A DNA stretch of 64,000 bases from Lingula anatina (Eukaryota > Animalia > Brachiopoda): contig CM120641.1 in assembly GCA_051362555.1 (NCBI GenBank), positions 30,014,401-30,078,400 on the forward strand. The letters are read 5' to 3'. Below are positions 13,952 to 64,000 of this stretch, piece after piece (the stretch's first letter is position 1; every line of letters starts with the position of its first letter). Below the pieces are notes generated by a model. The model did no database searches. It was not told the DNA's origin and worked only from the letters and a program-made list of their open reading frames with translations. The position numbers were made by a program, and so were the translations under genes.

Positions 13952-14269
13952 CATGATGCTTTGGTGATGTCATATGACATATATACACTGGGCGTATTGT
14001 TGTCCAGATAATGAAATTAATAAAAGTAATGATTTCCTTTTCATTTTATCTAAGAGATGTTGCAATAAAGTCCAGAGTCATGAAACTTTCATTTATTATC
14101 AATGTATTTTCACAAAAAAGGTACAGAAAGCGCATTATTTATCAAAAAAGGTAATTATAAAGATAAGTTACAAAATAAAACAAAAAAATAATTTAAATAT
14201 TTCATTTGAATGTTCGGAAAAAGAAAAAAAGAAAAATATCTATCCTCAAGTTACAGTGTCACAAAAATA

Positions 14270-15799
14270 TAAATAACTCTGCCTCCCATCATCCGATTCT
14301 GACTGCTCAGAATGCTGAATAAGTGTCGGAGAATTCACACCTGGACGAGGGGTGTTGAGTTCCGGGTTCTGATCATCTTGGTTGGTGTTGAGTATAGTTA
14401 AGCTGCTGTAGGAATCACTGTTGAAGCCACTCAGGGCAGTAAAGCTCCTCATATCCTTGCTCTTGGCTAGACGATGGTGAAGGCTGTGGCAGTGGGGTGC
14501 TAGTAGAGTATGTGGATGAAGCCGACTGTGGTCTGATGTGAGGCTGTTGTTAGAATTGTTGCTGTGCCCAGCTGGCCTCCTGTGAGCCCCAGACAGAAGT
14601 TGATTGGTGGTACTGTGCTGGCAACTGTGACGGATGAGGCTGCCAATCTGGGCACCGGGATAGGAACAGGAGTGCAAGGCATGTAGAACTGTTCTTGCTG
14701 CAGCTGCTGAGTCTGCATGTGAGGCTGTTGGTGAAGCTCATACTGATACTTCTGTAGTAGGCTACTGACTTCCCTTTGGAACCTCAGCCGCATTGGAGGA
14801 GGAAACGCGTATGTGGCCTCCTTCATGAAGTCGGCAAATGTGTCCTTCTGGCGTTGCATTGGTGACTTCTCAGCCTTGGATAGCTTGTTAATCAGTTGTC
14901 TTTGCAGTTCAGCAATATTGCTCCTAGTAGCCTCAGTGTCATCAGTAGCTCTCGACCTGGACCCAAAGGAAGTCTCTGCATCAGACTGAACGGCTGCAGG
15001 GGGATGATGGTCAGCGGCATCAGACTCAGACTCAGAATGGGGATGTCCTGCTACAGCAGCCCCGGCTTGGACCTTGGCCTTCATCTGGAGGAAAAACAGC
15101 CGTAAGTTATGTGAAAACACGTGGACAAAAGTTGCAATTTTATAAAAAAAAAAAAAAAATAAATAAAAATACTTACACGTACAGGCACCCTTTTTTGACA
15201 TGGACGATGAGAAAGGGCTTGAGAAATTCGAATTGGCACAGGATCCAACAGTCCCTTGCAGCGAGTTCATTGTTGCCAGAACCTGAGGGTGTCTGCTTCA
15301 ACTTGCCGAACCTTGATCTCATGTTTGCGTACCACTTCTTCAGCTGGTATCAGGTCTTGCCCATCTCCCTGGCCTTCTGCTCCCACAGTGCGTCCTTTAG
15401 GCCCTTCTTGACGTATTATGGTGCTTCTTGTTGAGGAGGCAATTTTGCTTGGAAACCTGGAGCCAGTCAACCATCTCTAGCTCCTGCTCCTTAGTGAAGT
15501 CAGCCGATACCAGCTCCCTCTTGCGCCTCTTGTTGGACTTGGCAGTCTCGCTTGTAGGAGGAGCACCATCACAGTCAGAGGACGAGTGTGTAGCTTGCTG
15601 GTGGACTTCGGCTATTATGCCCACCTGGGAAGCAAAGGCAGGGGCTGTGGACTCAACTTCAGTCTGAAGGTGCTGGGGTTTCTTCAATGATAGGAGCTGG
15701 ATCTTCAGGGGCTTTTAAAGGTGCAGCACCTCTGCCCCGTCCGTGGCCGCGGCCAGTGGTGGAGTTTTTCACCTTTCCTCCATTCTTTCTTGGCGGCAT
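14270..15799 (-). pseudogene. Harbinger ORF2 (MADF/Myb-like DNA-binding protein) pseudogene with one intron
   Basis: MPPRKNGGK..., FTKEQELEMVDWL..KDALWEQKA..LKKWYANMRSRFGKL..PSGSG; GT-AG intron at about 15085-15177; frameshifts. Confidence 0.75.
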
Positions 15800-17679
15800 G
15801 AGGTAATGTTGAGTGACAAGGCAATTTCTCTGTTACTACTGACGTTCCAGCAGGGGCAGGTCGTGTTTTTATACAATTCGCTTGTGCTCCGAATTATGTC
15901 AGGACTCACTTGAGGACTAATCGGTACTTTCAGACTGCATTCGAGTCGGGTTTGAGACGCAATTGAAAGATTCCTACAGCATTTGAATTGATTCGAGTCG
16001 AATTCTTTAACAATGGAAATAGATTTCGGCATCAATGGAGACGCATTCGAGTTGCATTCCGGCTCATTCGAGGCACATTCCAAACATTTTAAGTGACTTG
16101 CCAGTTCGGATCTCCCTCGAAAGTGATCAGAATATTTCGAATGCTGTCGGAATGCCGTGAGAATATTTAGAATGCAGTCATAGTGCAGTTAGAATACTAT
16201 TCAAATGCCATTCCACTTGGAATGCACTTCGAAAGTTTTAAACATGAGCAAAACATTCGGACCGGCCACAAGAATGCGATAAAATATTTGGAATGCACTC
16301 GGAATTTTTAGAATATCCAGGAACGCACAAAGAATCTTTCCGGCGGCATTCTTGCTTATTCCGCCTCCAGTGAGACGGGGGTATGAAGAATGCTGGGTGC
16401 ACACAGTCATTCCTCGAGGGAGGGTCGCATGCCACTGCTTTTCCGATTTTCTCAAGTGTTGTTGGGGAATAACCACTTCATCACGAGTACCTTTTATTCT
16501 TTGGATCAGAAATGAACTTGAAGTCGGATGTGGACAGTTACTTGAGATTATACCAATGCTCCAAACGGTTTCAAAGTAAGCTTGCTTTATTCCTTTCTTG
16601 TTGTTCCACATTTGATGCTAAGAGCAATAAAATGAAAGTATTGATGTTTAACTGTGTATTATTTGTTATAAGATTCTGTACAAAGGTGGAGTGTTTTCCT
16701 GGAGAAACGCACAAATAATCTTTGATTGAAAAGTAGACGGAAGGATGCCTTTTTTTAATCCCTGGGGCTTACACATTGTAGTAAAATTATCTTTGCATGT
16801 TTTAAAAATGTTCCTTTTTTGTGCACCCTCCCACTAAGTCAAATTCATTAGCGTACCAATGTCACATCTGCTACATATGCCACTGAAGCAAGCAAAAATA
16901 TAGACGTGGAGAAGAGGCTTATGAGCCTGCTTCTATTTACACATTCATAAAGATCAAATAGATGGTATCGTTTCAAATGGCTTTGTGAACAAATAAATAC
17001 TTTAAATACAAAATAAACGGCCGAAAAGAAAAATGTTGATTATAGCTTTTTATGATAATTGCCAGTATGTTTTCTTCTGTGAAAAAAAGGAGCCTGCACG
17101 ATTCGGACCTCTGGCCTCTACTGGCCTCTATTATTTGTGGACGACCTTGCAGGCATAACAAAGCCTCTTTTACATCTATTTTTTCTTTCCTCTAAATATA
17201 GAATGACGGTTACATAGTTAATGTTCGTGCAAAAAGCAGCTGCCACCAAAGTAGCTCCAAAATTGGTCTGAACTTTTCACCAAAAATTTGGTCTACTCCC
17301 ATTCAAAATCAATCTTAAGTAGCCTATTTAAAAATTGAATCAGTTTATAATATTATGCATGTTCCTGTTGTCATAAATTAGGCATGATATTTTCATCGAA
17401 AGAATTACGGCAATATATTGGGTGAACATGTTTTCTCCACGAATGAGGTGTAGCAGCAGCGCTGAATAAAAATGCGAACGAAGCTGTAAAAAAAAATAAA
17501 TAAATAAAATAAATAAATAGTATTCCTCCTCATAATTTTATTTCTATATATACAGTGTTTTATTCTTATGTAAATAATTAATACAACTAAAATTATATTT
17601 TACTTCATCCATTTTTATTTTCGGCCAATTGAGATGTATACATCTCGATACATCCATGATTTGACTTGGCAACCGAGTA

Positions 17680-20600
17680 GATCAAGTTTTGTGAAAATAT
17701 CTGTATTCCTTCTATGACTGTTAAGCAATATCCGAACACTAAACCGTGGGTCGGCAAAAATAAAAAGAAACTTTATAAAAGCTAAAGACCAAGCATACCG
17801 GGAGAAAGAAACTAATCCAGTCCAATAATGCAAAGGATCTTTGGGACCACATTGCTCTTGTCACACGATATGAAATATCCAGACGTGCCATCGATACAGG
17901 ACCAACCACACTCCAGTTCCCACACCCACCCGACAAGCTCACGAGCCATCATTTACCGTTCAAGCATGGCGAGCTAAGTGTCATTTCTTGGCCTTAAACA
18001 TTCAAAAAGTCCCAGGTCCAGACGGAATATCATCAAGACTATAAAAGGAGGTTATCGGAGGTGTTTGCTGATATTTTTAACTGGTCCATTGAAATGTGAA
18101 AAGTGCCTGCTTAAATTATTTTGTTTCTGAAGACCCCTTAATGTCTGTTTTTAGGAGTGAGTTTCGGTAGTACCTGGCCATAAAAAACTTTATTGTTAAA
18201 CTATTGAAGTGCTTGGGTTTAGACTCAGCAGGCAAAACATTATTGGTAGCTTTAAAAAATAAGATGTTGACAACACCAAGTGTAATATCTGAAGAGATGC
18301 AATAAACCCTAGTTTACACAGCAAGAAAAACATGAAGGGCATTTTACTGGATTTTGGTGTAATTATAATTCCCAGTCAACTTCAGGTCTTGGCAATAGGG
18401 ATGCCGTTGACATCTTCTGGCATGGAAGACATTTGTAAATAGATAAAGATTGGATGGCTAGTCTGGAAGACAGCTACCATTATACCTGTGCCAAAGGCTA
18501 AAACTGTAGAGAATTTAAATGATCTCCATCCTTTCACCCTGACACCGGTGCCTATGAAGGTATTAGAAAAGCTTGTTCTGTCTTTTATTAAAACTGTAGT
18601 GCCAAACAACTTTAATCCACTTCAATTTGTAGTAACGTAGTAACAGAAGTGCAGATGACGCACTGTCCACGTTACAAGGTTCTCGAGCATCTCTATTGTA
18701 ATGCCTATACTATGCTAGAATTTTATTTGTTGACTATAGCTCAGCTCAGCTCAGCTCAGCAGTGTTCAACATTGTACCAAAACAAATTGTATTTTAAACT
18801 TTTGTACGGAGCTTTGTTAGTATCATATTAACTTTTTTTTATTTTCATTTAAGTTTTATGTTATGGAATTTTCACCGCGATGATAATTATTTCTACCGCG
18901 GTGAAAATTATTTTCACCGTGGTGAAAAATAATTTACACCACGGTGGAAAATAATTTACACCGGGGTGGAAAATAATTTTCACCGCGGTGGTAATTCCTG
19001 GCCATCTCGGCCCGGGTAATGCATACATGTAGGTTATACGAATCCAATATTTACCAGATGTCTGGAAAGGACGTTGATAAAGACAAGCACGTGCACATGC
19101 ACGCGGTTTAACCGTCTATGTGCCAATCATCCCAGGAATCTGGAGGAAGCGGGCAGTATTCGAATAGATTAAAAATCACCGAAATGCTGCAATGTTGTAT
19201 GTAGCTTTTCCCTTTATAATAACTTGCGTATTATTGGGAATATTGGTAGAAAGAAACCTTTCCGAAGAAACCGAGATTACATCTATTAAGATAAGATCTA
19301 AGAAACACATCACAAAAAATATTTAAAAATACATTGTCCAAAAATAACGTTAAGTATTTAGTAATAACAATGGGATTCCCTTTGCTTAAAACTGCAAGCG
19401 GGACTTTAATTAGGTGGTAAATATAGATGGGAAACTTAAGTTAACGGCAGTGGCCCCACGAACAGATCCACCAACCTTGTGTGTATGTAACAATAGCATG
19501 CACCGTGACGGCATCTGGCAAATGAAAGGTTCTCATTACCTATTCATCACCCGGGCCGAGATGGCCAGGAATTACCACCGCGGTGAAAATTATTTTCCAC
19601 CGTGGTGAAAATTAATTCCCACCGCGGTGTAAATTATTTTCACCGTGGTGAAAATTATTTTCACCACGGTAGAAATAATTTTCACCGCGGTGAAAATTTC
19701 ATAAAATAAAACTTAAATGAAAATAGAAAAAAGTTAATATGATACTATTAAAGCTCCGTACTTTTGAATGATCGCAAGTTTCCACCAGCACTCTGTGATT
19801 GGGTTTAAGATTTTCTTTTAAATAGAAAACAGTCAGTAAAAGTTGGTCTTAACTTTTCGGACACAATAGTTTCAAACACTCGCACGCCCCAGAGCTGCGT
19901 CTTATCACCTTGTTTATATAGTTTTTTTCACTTACGATTGAGTGGCAAGGGAAGAAAACACATTTCTAATGAAGTTCGTCGATGACACAACCTTATTCGG
20001 TCTGATACAAAACAATGATGAGACTTCTTATAGGCAGTCGGTGACAACTTCAGTAAATTTGTGTACAGACAATGACTTGATACTGAATGTGAGCAAAACA
20101 AATGATCGTAGACTATAGAAGGACATCAGAACTGTAAAAGTACCATAGAAATTAACGACAAAACTGTCAAACAGGTCTGTGAATATAAATTACTGGGTGT
20201 CCAACTAAACAATAGACTAACCTGGAGTGATAACACCACGAAAATATTGAAAAAGGCAAAACGAATGTAGTTTTTTAAGGAAATTGAAAGCTTTAACCAG
20301 GAATGTGTCTATTTTAACGAACGTTTATAGGTGTGTTTAAGAAAGTATTTTAACTTGCAGTGATGGTTTGTATGGCGTGCAATTGTAGAGGATAATAAAC
20401 CAACTAGAAAAGATTGTTGAAACGGCATTCCATTTATCTAGGTTAAAAATAAAACAGCTTCCATTTAAAAAAAGAATTAAAAACTTATCTCTTCAAAAAG
20501 TTTTATAATTGATTTGACTGGCTGTTATCTTTTACACTGTACAGTTTTTTTAAATATCTTATCAATTCAATTACATTTAGTTCACATCTTTAGTTCATAT

Positions 20601-20707
20601 CTTATTATTTTAACTACCTTTTCATTTATTTTAGTCATCTGATTCTGTTCATTTTACCCATGTGAAGTCTACTGAACATTTTATATGGATTTAAGACTAT
20701 AAATAAA

Positions 20708-20750
<43 letters not shown>
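17680..20750 (+). mobile_element. Rex1/Babar-like LINE reverse transcriptase remnant, interrupted by insertions
   Basis: TVKQYPNTKPWV, KVPGPDGIS, WKTATIIPVPK..LNDLHPFTLT, RILFVDYSSA, TPQSCVLSP, KFVDDTTLIGLI, LILNVSKT; (ATT)n tail at about 20708-20750. Confidence 0.85.
18805..19760. mobile_element. Non-autonomous DNA transposon, IS3EU-like (TACGG termini, 6-bp TSD)
   Basis: About 215-bp TIRs starting TACGGAGC; CTTTTG duplicated at 18799-18804 and 19761-19766; inserted in the LINE ORF. Confidence 0.85.
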
Positions 20751-20751
<1 letters not shown>

Positions 20752-21225
20752 CATCATGACTGATAATACTCATCCAGCTCATTATACGCTATTCACATTT
20801 TTACCCAATAACTCGAGGCTTTTAGTTTTTAAGGGTGGTAAGCTTTTATCCTTCAGCAGTAATTCTTTTTAACACTAATACGTAATTTCATTTTAGTACA
20901 TATAAATAGTTTTGTTCAACAATGGCGCTATTACAGGGCAAAAGATTCTCGATTTTATACATTTGTACTTTATTGGTTTTTAATAAATTATTATTAATAA
21001 AGAAACCGATTTATATGCGATTCAAGCAATCACTTTTTCCTTGCGCAAACTCTGAAAAGCTTGATGGCAGTGCGTTGGTCATGTTTGGTGCATTTGGCTG
21101 ACCGCTCACTTGTAATATCAGCAGACTTGACATTTCTAGAAGTTTAATCAAATTAAAGAAATCATTTGCTTCGTCGATGATGAATTGCATTATCTACATA
21201 TTTGTACTAGTTCAAAAGTAATGTA

Positions 21226-21513
21226 AACTAGAAAAGCACTCCGAGAGCGCAGACCTCCGCCAAGGCAGCAAAGTCTCCACCCCTAAATTTTCATTCTATA
21301 ATGATTTAGTTTTTTGATTTTTGATTATTGATTGATTATTGATCAGGATCACCACCCAAAAATAGTCATCTGCTCCTTGGTCCACTTCTGACAGTTCCTG
21401 AAAATTTTATAAAAATCGGTCCATAACTTTTTGAGTTATGTTGATGACAGACAGGCAGAAAGACAGACAGACAAACAAACGGGTGAAAACATAACCTCCT
21501 TGGCGGAAGTAAA
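21226..21513 (-). mobile_element. Helentron-associated non-autonomous element (HINE/DINE-1-like), family 2
   Basis: Sub-terminal inverted repeat CCGCCAAGG, (GTCT)n microsatellite, terminal hairpin GCGCTCTCGGAGTGC, CTAG+T-run end; second copy at 51803-52040 (+). Confidence 0.8.
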
Positions 21514-22127
21514 AATCAATCTTTAATTATGTGTAAATGAACTGCATCCAATATCATTGAAATAAAGTTAAAAAAGATTTTCTCCTGATTTCTGACTGTA
21601 CAATATTCAAAGTATCAAATATAAGAAAAAGGCACTCCTTTGTATAATGTCAGTGCATATCTAGTTGAGACCAAAGGGAAAAAAACATCTTCCTGTCTAA
21701 AAGATGGAAATTCACTACTAAAAAAAGACTGTTAACCACCAGTTTCCAAAGCAAAATCCAGTCATCCATGCTGTCCAAAGGAATTCGTAAACTGTGCAAA
21801 TCTGTTCGACTCCTCCTGCATCACCGATTTCCTATTTCTCAGAGACATGAGGAAATCCTGCACACATACCCCCTCACCTGAATCCTATCAGGTGGCAGTT
21901 CATTTATAAAATGTTATTGAAAGGGTATTGCCACTGCGGCATGGAATAAAATATCCAATCAGGAGTATTTGTACCCAAGAGTGTCTTGTAAATCTCTCAC
22001 TGGCTCAAACAATGCTGCATGCAACAGAGTGGCAAGTTCATTACCAGAAAAACAGTAATAAGGAAAACAAGTATTGGAATAATTGCACAACCATGTAATT
22101 TTCTTTTCTGCTCCCATCAATATCATA

Positions 22128-22352
22128 CAGGGGTGGATCCAGGATTATTTGAAGGGGGGCGTGGTGTTCGGGACTCGAAAATTTTTGGTATTTTAGATGT
22201 CGAACGGGCCCATTTTTATGGTTTAGAACTTTGATTCAGCTAGTCAAGACTCTATTTTCAAGATGGGACCCTTGGGGATTTTTTTCATAAATCGAAGGGG
22301 GGGGGGGGGGTGTCAGGACCCCCCCCCCCCCGACCCCCCTAAATCAGCCACT
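22128..22352 (-). mobile_element. hAT-type MITE
   Basis: Ends CAGGGGTGGATCC ... AAATCAGCCACTG; homologous to the 4658 family. Confidence 0.7.
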
Positions 22353-22544
22353 GCATCTATCAATTCTTGTCCTGTTGATAGTTGCAAGCCGTTTATCACT
22401 TATAAAACTTTAAGTCGGTATTGTGGAGAGTGTAAGATTATTATTGTTTATTACCGCGATGAAAAACCAGTTATATAACAAACATTTGACATTTTTATGC
22501 CACCTGCTCCACTTCACTGAATACGGTTGCCAGGGATGGGTGCC

Positions 22545-22700
22545 TTCTCGCTCCGAAGCTCTTTAATCTGCGCGCGCATGTGTGTATCACGTCGGATATC
22601 CGGGCCCGGCTATCCGACCGTACGAATGAAATAAACTGTCATCAGGTGGCAATGTTTTGCTCCGAAAAAACTGTTCAGCTGTTGGAAGACAACTAGAAAC
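22545..22700 (+). promoter_or_regulatory. Putative THADA promoter/5' UTR: CpG-rich patch with NRF1-like TGCGCGCGCATG and a 28-bp palindrome
   Basis: Local CpG enrichment in otherwise AT-rich DNA immediately upstream of the inferred start codon. Confidence 0.55.
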
Positions 22701-62439
<39,739 letters not shown>

Positions 62440-62748
62440 GTGAGTTTGTTTCTGAGAAATGTTCTTTATTTTATTCAAGTATTCATTATAATTTCTAATT
62501 TACTATAGATTTTGATATTAACATTTATGGTAATTACTCAATCTTTTCAATGGGGAAAATTGCTAATTTTACAGAGACTGCATTTTTTTAGTCATAATTT
62601 CTTAAAATTAGAATATCCCTTTTGAGTGGTAGCAACATAATTAAAAAGCAGACTTCTCTGTATTTTTATTCTATGCAGTAAAAGCAACACAAATGTTATA
62701 GAAATATAATCTCTATGATCATTAAATTATGTATCTAAAAGTTTGATA

Positions 62749-64000
62749 TTTTTATGTACAGACACAGATGTGTCTGTACATATAGCCATCACCTGCGTCT
62801 GTCGTCACCGTGCACTTTTACTGATAACACGATAAGCGGAAAACTGTTTTTATGTACAGACACAGATGTGTCTGTACATATAACCATCACCTGCGTCTGT
62901 CATCGCTGTGCACTTTTACCGATAACACGATAAGCGGAAAACTGTTTCATGTACAGACACAGATGTGTCTGTACATATAGCCATCACCTGCATCTGTCGT
63001 CGCCGTCGCCGTCGTCGCGTGCACTTTTACCGATAACACGATAAGTGGAAAACCATTTTTTCTTTTGGCTTGAAACTTACGTAACTGATGAATATTCATA
63101 AAACGCAGGTCAAGTTTGAAAATCAGCATGATCAGGCCTATTTTGGGGAAGTTATGCTGTTTTTTCACTTTTTTCAGCATTTGTGTAGCACCGATAACAC
63201 AATAAGTGGAAAACCGTTTTACCTTTTGGCTTGAAACTTACAGAACTGATGAATATTCATAATACGCAGGTCAAGTTCGAAAATCAGCATGATAGGAACA
63301 ATTTTATTTGGAAGTTATGCAGTTTTTTCACTTTTTTCAGCATTTATGCAACACCTATAACACAATGTTTGAAAAACCGTTTTACCTTGTAGCTTGAAAC
63401 TTACAGAACTGATAAATATTCATAACACGCAGGTCAAGTTCGAAAATCAGCATGATAGGAACAATTTTATGGAAGTTATGCAGTTTTTTCACTTTTTTCA
63501 GCATATATGAAACCCTGATGACACGATAAGTGAAAAACCGCTTTACCTTTTTGGCTTGAAACTTACAGAACTGATGAATGTCTATAATACACAAGTCAAG
63601 TTTGAAAATTGGCATGATCAGGGCATTTTTATAAAAGTTTTGTTGTTTTTTCACTTTTTTTCAGCATATATGCAACACCTATAACACATTTTAAGAAAAA
63701 TCAATTGGCCAATTGTCTTGAAATTCATAGTAGTGATCAGTGTTACTGAAATACAGATTAAGTTTTGAAATAAGCTTGATCAGTAAAGGTTTGGTGAAGT
63801 TATACCTTTTTTTTTGTATAAGTGTTTTTTCCTCAAATTTAATCCTCAAGCATGTTAACAGTCTCATTTTTGAACTAATTAGATATGTTAAGTTGTTCTT
63901 TTGACATTTTCTGCATCTTAACAACATTGTTAGTTGATAATATAAAAATGATGGTAAACCTGATATTGTGTATTGTGTAATAAGTGTCAAAAATGAAAAA
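62749..64000 (+). mobile_element. HINE family 1 copy with a triplicated head and about five 161-bp units; runs off the window
   Basis: Heads at 62754, 62852 and 62949; tandem units from about 63030 to 63800. Confidence 0.85.

Larger units (their letters stand above)
12414..16383. mobile_element. PIF/Harbinger DNA transposon, both ends present but decayed
   Basis: Termini AGCCCCCGTC / GACGGGGGTA, TGA target duplication on both sides, dense GAAT/ATTC subterminal repeats, convergent transposase and Myb/MADF-like genes. Confidence 0.9.

Noticed and set aside
18866-18992. Regularly spaced palindromic repeats that look CRISPR-like
   Set aside because: No unique spacers, mirrored in the other arm of a TIR element, eukaryotic context, no cas genes

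Overview
AT-rich eukaryotic (animal; the repeat content suggests a marine invertebrate such as a mollusc, which is inference) genomic DNA. Bases 1-22,500 are intergenic and packed with decayed transposons: a Penelope/GIY-YIG fragment with inverted pLTRs carrying minimal hammerhead motifs, RTE, RTE-X-like and Rex/Babar-like LINE remnants, a full-length dead PIF/Harbinger, an IS3EU-like MITE and other MITEs. From ATG 22,701 to beyond the window end lies one + strand gene, a THADA/TRM732 orthologue. I reconstructed 30 phase-consistent GT-AG exons by hand (4,212 nt, 1,404 codons, 3' end missing). Its introns hold a nested Harbinger/hAT pair, a Kolobok-like element, SINEs and MITEs. Most unusual: many copies of one Helentron/HINE-like element all lie in the sense orientation, and their 3' ends repeatedly sit just upstream of 3' splice sites, apparently supplying a branch-point-like motif. 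Family assignments come from recalled motifs, not database searches.
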